A stretch of DNA of 64,000 bases, from positions 130,409-194,408 of IMG/VR virus record IMGVR_UViG_3300005611_001698; one strand, written 5' to 3'. This DNA comes from a virus. Taxonomy: Duplodnaviria > Caudoviricetes. A program made the translations under genes and the position numbers. The notes beneath the pieces were generated by a model. That model made no database searches and was not told where the DNA came from. It saw only the letters and a program-made list of their open reading frames with translations. Positions 21,146-29,485 of this stretch are shown piece after piece. How positions within the stretch are numbered: the stretch's first letter is position 1; each line of letters starts with the position of its first letter.

Positions 21146-21922
21146 TCAGATAATACGAGTTTTTTCATGACCAACGCGAATCCGAGGATCCACCCAAATA
21201 TCAAAACCAGCAGCAATTGCATCAAGACAGAATGAAACATCCTCTCCACACATATCTTGAACCTCACCAGATTCAAACTGCTGCATCTTTGGTGCAAACC
21301 ATGGATACTTCATCTCAGAATGCTCAAATACTCCATTCTTGATCATCACCCAACCAAATCCAATATAATCAACTGTGAAAGGTTTGCGACGTTTTGAGAT
21401 CGATTCCAGAGTTTCATGATTCATCACACCACCGTTCTTACGGAAGTCACCTTCCTCTAACCAGTGAGCACAGGAAGTTGTCTTCCCATCTTCGGTACAA
21501 TACCATCCAGATACAATCTCTTTCTCTGTACCATCCTCTGCAATCGCAAGATCACACAGTTGCCAGAACTTGTTCGTGTCAAATACAATGTCACTATCAA
21601 TCCACAACTGATAGTCATACTTCAACTTACCATCCCAGGGAATCTGATCAGGTCCACGAAGTACATTTGCACCAAGACACTTACAACGTGCAAAGTTAAC
21701 CATGGATGAGTAATCTTGTGAAATCTGAATACTCATTCCATTCTGAACCATGTCGAAACAAAGTTGAACAAAGTTCTTCAAGAACACATATGAAACACCA
21801 CGACCAGGTAAACAGAACACAATGCTCTTTCCACGCATCCGTTGCTTAATTGCTTCAATATCAAACTCCTCTTTCCTTTGTGCAGGAGGAGTTTTTGCTT
21901 TTACAGTAAATCCTTTTGCCAT
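21146..21922 (-). CDS. Glycosyltransferase-like (GT-A fold) conserved protein
   Basis: WIDSD (DxD), GFGWVMI, GEDVSFC, VGHEK motifs; start placed at MAKGF. Confidence 0.7.
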   Translation of the reverse strand: MAKGFTVKAKTPPAQRKEEFDIEAIKQRMRGKSIVFCLPGRGVSYVFLKNFVQLCFDMVQNGMSIQISQDYSSMVNFARCKCLGANVLRGPDQIPWDGKLKYDYQLWIDSDIVFDTNKFWQLCDLAIAEDGTEKEIVSGWYCTEDGKTTSCAHWLEEGDFRKNGGVMNHETLESISKRRKPFTVDYIGFGWVMIKNGVFEHSEMKYPWFAPKMQQFESGEVQDMCGEDVSFCLDAIAAGFDIWVDPRIRVGHEKTRII

Positions 21923-21957
21923 AAGTTTGAATGACCTACAAATCAATTCTAAGTGAT

Positions 21958-21965
21958 TATTTAGA
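21958..21965 (-). promoter_or_regulatory. Late promoter variant (TCTAAATA)
   Basis: In the short intergenic gap upstream of the GT-like gene. Confidence 0.4.
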
Positions 21966-21970
21966 GTTTG

Positions 21971-22162
21971 TCAATATGACCCCTCTATATTGTTGAGTTC
22001 AACTTGTTCATATGAAAGATCCTCAACTTTATATTCAGTCTTCATGAGACCTACCATACCCTTTAACGTTTTCCATTTATTTGTAAAATCTTCCTGTTGA
22101 AGATTATGAAATAAACATTTATCCTTTGCGTAGATGTGAAATCTATACTCTTGAATAGTCAT
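21971..22162 (-). CDS. Hypothetical protein
   Basis: 63-aa ORF tiling the operon. Confidence 0.55.
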   Translation of the reverse strand: MTIQEYRFHIYAKDKCLFHNLQQEDFTNKWKTLKGMVGLMKTEYKVEDLSYEQVELNNIEGSY

Positions 22163-22496
22163 CTTTTAATCGTACAATGTCATCTTCCTCGCAACGAGAT
22201 CCTAATTGAACCTCTATAATAGTTATACCATTTTCACCTCCCTTTAACCTATGATGTTCCTTTACAGCAATCTTGAAATGACTATGAGGTGATGCATGAT
22301 AACAGTTATCCCCAATAGTAACATAACCATCACCCTCGACCACAGTCCAATACTCTGATCGATGATAATGGTATTGTAAACTTAATTGTTGGTCAGGATT
22401 TACAACAATCCTCTTGACCTTATACGTAGACTCCTCTAAAAGATTCTCATAATAACCCCATGGGCGCTCAAATTTCTCCGAAGATTTTTTTTCCAT
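22143..22496 (-). CDS. Cupin, mannose-6-phosphate isomerase type II (ManC C-terminal-like)
   Basis: ERPWGYY, KVKRIVV.P...LSLQYH.HRSEYW.VV.G, HRL, IEVQ.G..EDDIVR..DDY.R. Confidence 0.85.
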   Translation of the reverse strand: MEKKSSEKFERPWGYYENLLEESTYKVKRIVVNPDQQLSLQYHYHRSEYWTVVEGDGYVTIGDNCYHASPHSHFKIAVKEHHRLKGGENGITIIEVQLGSRCEEDDIVRLKDDYSRV

Positions 22497-22682
22497 AAGT
22501 CCAACCTATGAGGCATTTTTATATACCTCAGAATTTTTTTGAGACTTCGATATTTATCTCGCTTTTTGGGTTCGTTGTAGGTTAGGGTAGTTTGCTTTTT
22601 TATATACGCCCCATCGCCGCCGCGAACGCATCAACGCCCGCCGCAATAACTGCCAATAAGTCACAGCAACTGTCCTGCACCT
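22497..22682 (-). ncRNA. Candidate non-coding transcript or structured leader
   Basis: ORF-free ~185 nt directly downstream of a strong promoter; GC-rich hairpin, then an A/C-rich tract, then a TGAGG..CCTCA hairpin. Confidence 0.35.
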
Positions 22683-22712
22683 ATTCTATCATAACCACTG
22701 TCAAACTGTCAA
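22683..22712 (-). promoter_or_regulatory. sigma70-type promoter TTGACA-N18-TAGAAT
   Basis: Consensus -35 (a second TTGACA at 22699-22704) and near-consensus -10. Confidence 0.7.
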
Positions 22713-22716
22713 GTGT

Positions 22717-22905
22717 TTAGTGATACGCTGCTTCCCAGAGGTTCTCTACACTTTCTGACATATCTTCCACAGTGACTGTCAAGTTCTCCCCACCTTGAAT
22801 ATCAAAGACCTTGTGAAAATCAATCTGATGAACATCAAAATCCTCAAAGACTTCAAAGTCTAATGTAACACGAATCTGCTGTTTTTGTGCGTGACTGGTG
22901 TGCAT
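22717..22905 (-). CDS. Small hypothetical protein
   Basis: 62-aa ORF directly downstream of the promoter at 22931-22960. Confidence 0.6.
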   Translation of the reverse strand: MHTSHAQKQQIRVTLDFEVFEDFDVHQIDFHKVFDIQGGENLTVTVEDMSESVENLWEAAYH

Positions 22906-22930
22906 CAGTTCAGGAGTGATTGACCTTAGT

Positions 22931-22960
22931 ATTATATAACAACCCTCTAAGGATTGTCAA
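22931..22960 (-). promoter_or_regulatory. Consensus sigma70 promoter TTGACA-N18-TATAAT
   Basis: Exact consensus hexamers. Confidence 0.8.
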
Positions 22961-22999
22961 GGTTTTGTGTGGGTCTGATGATGAGAATCGGGGTGGGGG

Positions 23000-23028
23000 T
23001 TGACAGAATCGTCGTGTTATGTTATGCT
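23000..23028 (+). promoter_or_regulatory. Plus-strand sigma70 promoter TTGACA-N17-TATGCT with extended -10 (TGn)
   Basis: Divergent from the 22931-22960 promoter; points into the repeat/DnaA-box array with no credible ORF downstream. Confidence 0.65.
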
Positions 23029-23066
23029 CGCTTAGATCACAAGACCTGGACACATTTCCAGAAGAA

Positions 23067-23152
23067 TAACAACAGTTTTCCACAAGTATTAGAGGGACAT
23101 TAACAACAGTTTTCCACAAGTATTAGAGGGACATTAACAACAGTTTTCCACA
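23067..23152. repeat. 34-bp tandem repeat x2.5 (TAACAACAGTTTTCCACAAGTATTAGAGGGACAT)
   Basis: Exact copies at 23067-23100 and 23101-23134, partial copy at 23135-23152. Confidence 0.95.
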
Positions 23153-23282
23153 GGATTAAACACTGCAAAGTAACTGCTTAGATACCACAAATACACTGCA
23201 AAGTAACTCTTTCTGTGGAATTGTGGAAAACTCTTTAACAAACTCAAATACATTTTTTAATACGTTTTTAATACATTTTTAA
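23067..23282. other. Candidate replication origin or DnaA-box cluster
   Basis: TTTTCCACA at 23076, 23110, 23144 (+) and 23222-23230 (-); 16-bp direct repeat ACACTGCAAAGTAACT at 23160 and 23193; AT-rich AATACRTTTTT x3 at 23247-23280. Confidence 0.5.
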
Positions 23283-23283
23283 C

Positions 23284-23493
23284 TCAAAACATGCTATTTA
23301 TTGATGTTTTTGGGGTGTAATCTACGTCATTCCAATGTCTCACAGCATTAGCAACAATTGCTACATTAGTGATAAGATAGGTAGCAAAGATAACCGTTCT
23401 GATGATTGCTACTGTATCTGCTTCCTTATCATCTTTCCCTTGTTTTTCACCCAGAGCTTTACACCATAATCTCCATACAGTTTTAATCATCAT
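23284..23493 (-). CDS. Small membrane protein, conserved cyanophage hypothetical
   Basis: WRLWCKALGEK..AIIRT..hydrophobic segment..RHW. Confidence 0.6.
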   Translation of the reverse strand: MMIKTVWRLWCKALGEKQGKDDKEADTVAIIRTVIFATYLITNVAIVANAVRHWNDVDYTPKTSINSMF

Positions 23494-23716
23494 GTTTCGA
23501 TTCTCTTGATTTAATGTAAGTTAATTCATGCCAACAATGACGTGGGCAAACAACAAGAACATGATCTTTTTGATGTCTGATTTGATTCACATAAACAGGA
23601 CGTTTTTTGGGGTAAGTGTTAATCTCGATTGAGAGTGTATCTTGGTCAATGTAATAAACCCAACCTTGTATGTGTTTCCATGAGACAAAATCATTGAGTT
23701 TAGGATGATACGTCAT
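23483..23716 (-). CDS. Hypothetical early protein
   Basis: 77-aa ORF overlapping both neighbours. Confidence 0.55.
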   Translation of the reverse strand: MTYHPKLNDFVSWKHIQGWVYYIDQDTLSIEINTYPKKRPVYVNQIRHQKDHVLVVCPRHCWHELTYIKSRESKHDD

Positions 23717-23999
23717 AGAGCAAACTTTCTAGGGGATTGAGTTTAATCTGCATAGAAGTGTAACATCTAGTATCAGAAATGTCAACCTTTTTTCCTACTG
23801 TTTTATGATTGATTGGGGCATGATATGTTTGAGATTTTGTATTAAAAAACCCCCAGATTGATTTGGGAGTTTTTGTTGTGTAGGAAAAGTTTTGATGATT
23901 TACGATCCAAATAGCAATGAGATTACGTTTGAATTGTGTAACCTCATAAGAATAACCTTTGGGAGGTTTGTGTGTAAAACTTGTGGGTAGTTCAATCAT
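23700..23999 (-). CDS. Conserved cyanophage hypothetical protein
   Basis: 99 aa; F.HKPPKGYSYEV, SIWGFF, PINHKTVGK.V. Confidence 0.65.
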   Translation of the reverse strand: MIELPTSFTHKPPKGYSYEVTQFKRNLIAIWIVNHQNFSYTTKTPKSIWGFFNTKSQTYHAPINHKTVGKKVDISDTRCYTSMQIKLNPLESLLYDVSS

Positions 24000-24529
24000 C
24001 AGAACTCAGTGAACTCCTCCAAATAATACTCAGCAGAGACATTGAGTTTCTGACATTCTGTCATGATAGTATCCACTTGTTCACCATTAAGTTCACAAAC
24101 TTCATACAGAAAGTGAAGATCTTGTTCGATAGTTGTAATCATTTACGCAGTGGAGAATTAAAGTAACGAGAGAAAGCAGTGAACAAAATAATGGCAGTGG
24201 AGATGATACCAATCATCCCCAAAATTGTAACACCATCACCAGTGAAGTTGTAAGTTTCAGGCATCATTCAAACAGTGTAATTATCCTGGGCAAATTCATC
24301 ACATTGGACATTCATTTTCTCCTCATGAATAAACTCTTCAATCGTTTCATCATTTAACCAATGGTCATGGATTTCAGCATAATCTTTCTCCATTGAAAGT
24401 GCAATTGTGCAGGGATCAGTGTAACTCATTTGATGTGTGATTTGTTGATGATTGTAATCCATTCGGTCGGAGGTGAGAGTTTGTTGAATACTTTCACCCA
24501 CCGACCTTGAAACTTAACTAACGTATATT

Positions 24530-24874
24530 TCATGCAAACAAATAACCAGAAACGAAATCATCAGTTTGATAAACATTTTGACCGTTCACACATCCAACAA
24601 ACTTACGAACATACCAAAGAAAATCTTTCTGAAATACACCTTCACCAGCAATACAAAACTCCTGGCAAAGTGCATTAAGACGAGATTTTGTAGTGACAGA
24701 CTGATAACCACCATCAAAGATTGTCATGCTAGTGTCATCAATAGTAGCAATCAGATGACCATGAAGATACACATTAGAAACATCTTCACCAATATACTTA
24801 ACCTCAGTGTTTGCACATTTCCAGTTTTGATTGTTCTTGACGGCAGCAATCATTTGAGATTCGATCTTACGCAT
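24530..24874 (-). CDS. Conserved cyanophage early hypothetical protein
   Basis: MRKIESQM..VYLHGHLIA..TTKSRLNAL..VFQKDF.WYV. Confidence 0.7.
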   Translation of the reverse strand: MRKIESQMIAAVKNNQNWKCANTEVKYIGEDVSNVYLHGHLIATIDDTSMTIFDGGYQSVTTKSRLNALCQEFCIAGEGVFQKDFLWYVRKFVGCVNGQNVYQTDDFVSGYLFA

Positions 24875-24907
24875 GAGAGACGATTTGAGAGAGGTTAGTG
24901 TAAAGAA

Positions 24908-25144
24908 TCAGGCGAAGTTGTATTCAGTTTGGTTACGATTGTCTGCTGCTTCCCAATAAGTGTAGAAGTCATTCCATGCTGCTTCGTTATCAACAAAGGA
25001 GTCGATTCCGAGTTGCTCGCAAACAAAATCGTATGCCATATCTACATCGGCATTTGTGTCATCGACAAAGGACAACATTTGTCCCATAACATAATCCCAG
25101 GACTGTTGCATTTCAGGAGAGAGAGTGAAGATCGGTTGTGCCAT
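24908..25144 (-). CDS. Hypothetical early protein
   Basis: Start MAQPIF directly after the SD of cassette 1; the track's longer N-terminus reads through the promoter. Confidence 0.6.
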   Translation of the reverse strand: MAQPIFTLSPEMQQSWDYVMGQMLSFVDDTNADVDMAYDFVCEQLGIDSFVDNEAAWNDFYTYWEAADNRNQTEYNFA

Positions 25145-25155
25145 GTCGGTTGTGT

Positions 25156-25229
25156 TCCTTTGACTCTTATAGAATACACGATTCTGGGGGTCGTGCCCAT
25201 TTTGTGTGACACTTATCCAACTGGCACAC
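25156..25229 (-). promoter_or_regulatory. Early promoter cassette 1 (palindrome, -10, AAGAGTCAAAGGAA leader/SD)
   Basis: GACACTT-atcc-AACTGGC palindrome; -10 TATTCT; repeat family member. Confidence 0.75.
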
Positions 25230-25235
25230 CTCAGA

Positions 25236-25625
25236 TTAAAGATAAAGGAAAGAACCGTAAGCATCACAAATATGAGGATTATCTGCCAACTGAGTGATCA
25301 GATAGCGGACACCTTTTGCAGGTGCTTTGTAACTAGCAGGTTTGTAACATTCACCAGTATTCTTATCAACGAACATCCAGCAAGAACGTCCACGAATCTT
25401 ATCACCAGCATCAGAAAGATAAGACCAAACTTTGATATACTTTCGACCTTCCTCAATTTCCAGTTGAGTATAAACAGAATGACCAGATTCAATAGAATTA
25501 ACTTTCCACTCATTGTTCAGCACTTCGATAAGTGCTTCAGTCAGAAATTGTGGTTTGGTTTGTGTGATCGTCATGTCAAGGTTGTCAGTCATTTTAGTGT
25601 GAAGATAAGATTTGATAAGTGACAT
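25236..25625 (-). CDS. GRKYIK/VDK.TG.YKPAS.KAPAK family protein, paralog 1
   Basis: Nearly identical C-terminal half to 29486..29869; related to 38013..38429. Confidence 0.75.
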   Translation of the reverse strand: MSLIKSYLHTKMTDNLDMTITQTKPQFLTEALIEVLNNEWKVNSIESGHSVYTQLEIEEGRKYIKVWSYLSDAGDKIRGRSCWMFVDKNTGECYKPASYKAPAKGVRYLITQLADNPHICDAYGSFLYL

Positions 25626-25629
25626 AAAC

Positions 25630-25857
25630 TCAGCAAGATGCGGGCATGTATTGTTGTGGTTCAGTCAGGAAATCTGTCACCTGATAACCATGAATGTCCA
25701 GACGAGAATTGCACGTTTCAATCATCTCTTTTTTGTTGAACAATCGCATGGACTGAGTTTCACCTTTGAACTTCAAAGTGTAGACAAACTTATCAGTCAG
25801 GATAGCATGAGGGCGAAACTCGACAACCATAGAATGACGTTTGGAAGTAAGTTGCAT
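25630..25857 (-). CDS. Hypothetical early protein
   Basis: First ORF after cassette 2. Confidence 0.6.
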   Translation of the reverse strand: MQLTSKRHSMVVEFRPHAILTDKFVYTLKFKGETQSMRLFNKKEMIETCNSRLDIHGYQVTDFLTEPQQYMPASC

Positions 25858-25867
25858 GAGGTGAAAT

Positions 25868-25941
25868 CCCTTTGACTCTTTAATAATACATGGGATCGGA
25901 CCCTATGGGGAAAATAGTGGGCACCTTGCCAACTGTCACAC
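25868..25941 (-). promoter_or_regulatory. Early promoter cassette 2
   Basis: Nearly identical to cassette 8 over about 50 bp; -10 TATTAT. Confidence 0.8.
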
Positions 25942-25943
25942 CA

Positions 25944-26288
25944 TCAATAAGTATTCTGAAACTGACGAAATAAAATGATTTCCTGTTGCTCAGCAGCAGA
26001 TTCTCTCTCCTCAGTATCAGTCAACCCACAAAGATCCTGAGAGACATGCACTAACTCATGAAGTAAAGTAACAATGAAATCCCGTTTTGTAAGGTCATTA
26101 TGTAACTCAATCAGAAACTCATTGTCCTCATTGTGTGAGCAGAATCCAACTGCATAATCTTCACTCAAATCAGTGCAATTTACCTCAATCTCAATATCAG
26201 GTAACTGATGCTCTTTTGCATACCACTCAACAACTTCCGCAGCAAGATTGCGACGTTGATTGTCACCAGAAAAGAAAAGTTTCATCAA
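25944..26288 (-). CDS. Small HExxH zinc-metallopeptidase-like protein
   Basis: TLLHELVHVSQ followed by E..A. Confidence 0.6.
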   Translation of the reverse strand: MMKLFFSGDNQRRNLAAEVVEWYAKEHQLPDIEIEVNCTDLSEDYAVGFCSHNEDNEFLIELHNDLTKRDFIVTLLHELVHVSQDLCGLTDTEERESAAEQQEIILFRQFQNTY

Positions 26289-26654
26289 TCGTTGATAGGT
26301 TCGGGATACTTGAAAGATTTTAGAATCTCTTGATAATCACGTTGCTCAACTTCATCAAACTCATATTCTTGTTGTTCGAGACAATAAGAAATCAGATCAA
26401 TTTGGTCGGGAGAAAGTGTAACTTTGAACATTGATTTTGCAAGTGTTGACTTCATTATTTTACCATATTACGTTGCTTTTTGCATATCGTATCAATGTAA
26501 GTTCTTGCTGTGATGCAACTACGAAACTTACGAAATTCGTTCTTTGTTCCTAACTCTGTTAGTGCAATGTAACCCTTATTCTTGAAAGGCATTGCGACAT
26601 GATTACCACATTTACATACAATCGGAGGATGAGGATCAAAGATCTGAGTGTTCA

Positions 26655-26939
26655 TTAGTCCTCCGTTAATTCTTGTTGAAGCAGCATAAATTGTTCTTCC
26701 GTAAATTCATCTACGCACTCCTGAATCACCTGATAGATGTAATCATTGTTTCCTACATCATTAAAGATTCTTTCAGCAAGTTCAGGATGTTTGTCGCAGA
26801 CATAATCATGCTCTCCATCATTATCAACGATAGCACAATCCTCAGCAGTGTAAATCCATGCTGCACAAGGTGCATTTTCACCCTGCAATTCGATCATCTT
26901 GGTGATACGATCTTTGACTTGTTGAAGAGTGTAGTTCAT
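26655..26939 (-). CDS. Hypothetical early protein
   Basis: 94-aa ORF. Confidence 0.6.
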   Translation of the reverse strand: MNYTLQQVKDRITKMIELQGENAPCAAWIYTAEDCAIVDNDGEHDYVCDKHPELAERIFNDVGNNDYIYQVIQECVDEFTEEQFMLLQQELTED

Positions 26940-27286
26940 GATTCAGACAGAGAGAGTAACAGAAACTTCTTTAATGTTCAGTCCACAAAGTTGATTGTAG
27001 ACCCGATTATTGATGAGATCGCAGGCACGTTTTGCCTTGCTTTTTTCATGCCAGATGGTAACACATCCGTCATTAGTTTCAACCCGAACGCGATAGTTTT
27101 TCATCAGTTTTCCTCCCGAACAGTGATAATGTGAAAGTGAGGATTGTTACGGCGACAAGTAGCAATCGCATCCTCTCTTGTAGGAGCAATGTAACCTAAA
27201 AGATCATAGTTTTGATAACCATTAGGTCGGATAAATTCTCCGTAAATTAGAAACTTAGGTTCGTTCATCAGTCGAGTCGGTTGCTG

Positions 27287-27358
27287 TTCCTTTGACTCTC
27301 TTAATATACACGGAATCGGGGTCCGTGGGGAGAATAGTGGACACTTCTAAAACTGGAC
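27287..27358 (-). promoter_or_regulatory. Early promoter cassette 3
   Basis: GGACACTT-ctaa-AACTGGA; -10 TATATT; conserved leader. Confidence 0.8.
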
Positions 27359-27562
27359 CAATTTTGTTGTGCTGATGCAGAGCAAAAATGCTAACATGAT
27401 AACAACATCCCATGACTTAGTTCGGATGAAGAATGGGATTGAAATCATGTCAGCAATTAAGTGCATCATCACTCCAAATGTTACATTTACATGCAACACA
27501 ACAAAATAGGCAGAAACAACTAGAAATGATCCGATGATTCTGCCTAAAATGTCAATCTTCAT
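27347..27562 (-). CDS. Small membrane protein
   Basis: Hydrophobic 71 aa; stop codon inside cassette 3. Confidence 0.6.
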   Translation of the reverse strand: MKIDILGRIIGSFLVVSAYFVVLHVNVTFGVMMHLIADMISIPFFIRTKSWDVVIMLAFLLCISTTKLVQF

Positions 27563-27987
27563 ACGGCAAGAGCTCCATCAGGAATCGGCACTTCCATGAC
27601 ATTATTAACAGTGTATGGATTAGGGCGAAGATCATGACACACCCATTCACCATTTACAAAGTGATAGGCATATTCACCACCACAATTATTATCCGAATAA
27701 ATCAGAAACTCATTGAGGTCTTTATGAAGAACAGGCGGGCAATCTTCACCTCGTTGAGAATAGTATTGGGGACCATAAACACCCTTCACGCCAGTATCAT
27801 CCCAGCGTTCATCTGTCCAGCAACAGGACATATCACCACCATCAATCAGTTCCTCAACAAGTGATTTAGAGTTGTAATGTGTGGTGAGAATACGACCCAA
27901 CCACTCAGGATAACCATCCCAATGATGATAAACAGACAGAATAGATCCGTCTTGAAGTTGAAGACCAATGCGTGAACGAGTTGCCAT
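27559..27987 (-). CDS. Conserved phage hypothetical protein
   Basis: MATRSRIG..SVYHHWDGYPEWLG..L..HY, EYAY. Confidence 0.7.
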   Translation of the reverse strand: MATRSRIGLQLQDGSILSVYHHWDGYPEWLGRILTTHYNSKSLVEELIDGGDMSCCWTDERWDDTGVKGVYGPQYYSQRGEDCPPVLHKDLNEFLIYSDNNCGGEYAYHFVNGEWVCHDLRPNPYTVNNVMEVPIPDGALAV

Positions 27988-27989
27988 AA

Positions 27990-28130
27990 TCAGAAAAGGG
28001 AGAGTTGTTGAAAGTTAATATGGTCACAGCAAGAGTCATCGTCTTGCAAATCTATCATGTCGGTATCAACATGCTTCAAGAGTTTGTCAAAGAGATCATT
28101 AACAAACTCTCGGTCTTCGTTAGTAATCAT
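27990..28130 (-). CDS. Mini-gene family B copy 1
   Basis: MITNEDREFVNDLFDKLLKHVDTDMIDLQDDDSCCDHINFQQLSLF; paralog at 38966..39115. Confidence 0.7.
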   Translation of the reverse strand: MITNEDREFVNDLFDKLLKHVDTDMIDLQDDDSCCDHINFQQLSLF

Positions 28131-28304
28131 CCGCCGAACATTTCATCAAAGAGAGGAGTTTCCTGAAGACGTTGCTGGTCATAAGCATCACGAACAGCAA
28201 AGATTTCTTGCTCAACCATACGAACCTCAGCACGTTTCATTTCAAGTTTGTGACGCAATTCGTAGAGTTTCTGATTACGTTCGGTGATGGTCATTTGAGG
28301 TCGA

Positions 28305-28379
28305 TTCCTTTGACTCTCTTAATATACACGGGATTGGACCCCGTGGGGAGAATGGTGGACACTTTGACCAACTGGCACA
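28305..28379 (-). promoter_or_regulatory. Early promoter cassette 4
   Basis: GGACACTT-tgacc-AACTGGC; nearly identical to cassette 5. Confidence 0.8.
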
Positions 28380-29127
28380 GGGGCAGAGTCAGGGGCAGGG
28401 TGGTGAGACTCAAACTAGACTCAAACCGCCCCAGTGATAGCAAGGGTTCTCAAATTATAAACAATGGATTTTCTTGCATTTTGGTTCGGGACGGGTGCTA
28501 GGTCATCAGCAACGCTCCCGATGCAGGAAAAAACAAAGTTATCAATCAAGGCAGTATTCTTCGTAATTTTCAATACTACCAAACTCTTCCAAAAAGTAAT
28601 CCAAAGTAAGATTTTGCTCCTTACAAAATGATACTATTTCATCATAATCTTCCTTGCAATGAAATACTGCTTCGTGCCAATCTGTCTCAACTGTGAATAA
28701 CTCAGAAGAGCGGTCTTCAGTGATAATGCCGAAACGGGGAAAGTCCATCATTTAACCTCCAACAATAGGGTTGACACCAATCACTTTTGCCTTAGGATTG
28801 CGGACACAGGCTGTCTCTCTTGCATCCTTATAATTGCTGGCATAAACTTCTTCGGTGAAGACTTTGCCACCAACGTATAACTTAACTTCCCATTTCATTT
28901 TTGATAATACTCCCCGATTGCTTTACTCATTGCGATAAGTTGTTCATGAATCTGATCAACTTCTAGGCGGAGATTCTCATCTTCACCCAGTAAACTCATC
29001 AGATCAACTTCACTCCAGTCCTGCGTTTCAATGCCTCCACCGATATACATTGGGGTGTAATATAGTGTGCCCTCACTATCAATGGAATAGGCACAACCTT
29101 GCTTGTCAGATGTAAGAATGATCATGA

Positions 29128-29295
29128 TTACCAGATGTTAGTCCAACGAGTGTGATTTGCTTTGGTGATTCTACCTTCTGCCAACATATTGTCGCAGACA
29201 TTAACAAATACTTGAAACTTTTCCTCTCTAGTAAGAACATGTGGTGCCGCAGTAGTTGCAATCACCTTGAGCATTTGTGCTTTAGAACGAATCAT
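29128..29295 (-). CDS. Mini-gene family A copy 1
   Basis: MIRSKAQMLKVIATTAAPHVLTREEKFQVFVNVCDNMLAEGRITKANHTRWTNIW; paralog at 39267..39434. Confidence 0.75.
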   Translation of the reverse strand: MIRSKAQMLKVIATTAAPHVLTREEKFQVFVNVCDNMLAEGRITKANHTRWTNIW

Positions 29296-29429
29296 TTTTT
29301 GTTCAGAAAGTGTGCTTCAATAATGTCTAAAATCTCACCACATTCATCTGCGGCATCTTCATCAATCAGAAGAGCATAATCCTCAACAGCATCAGCAATC
29401 AGTTCTAATTGTCGGTCAGTAAATGTCAT
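29292..29429 (-). CDS. Mini-gene family C copy 1 (acidic)
   Basis: MTFTDRQLELIADAVEDY..CGEILDIIEAH; paralog at 38850..38987; start could be further upstream at 29486. Confidence 0.65.
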   Translation of the reverse strand: MTFTDRQLELIADAVEDYALLIDEDAADECGEILDIIEAHFLNKK

Positions 29430-29485
29430 CTTACGGATTGAAAGATTGTTGAGTTGGTTGATAGTGTCAGTGAAAAGATCAGTCA

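Noticed and set aside
22497-22682. Assignment as the manA RNA motif because it precedes an MPI cupin gene
   Set aside because: Only the gene context fits; I cannot match the consensus structure without a covariance-model search
22910-23119. 69-aa minus-strand ORF across the divergent promoters
   Set aside because: It overlaps two consensus promoters and the tandem repeat, so it is most likely spurious
23067-23152. Possible CRISPR mini-array (34-bp repeats)
   Set aside because: Repeats are directly tandem with no unique spacers, and there are no cas genes in the window
28470-28530. Hammerhead ribozyme suggested by CTGATGA..GAAA on the minus strand
   Set aside because: No stem II closing between CUGAUGA and GAAA and no compatible stem I/III; the CTGATGA lies in a different hairpin
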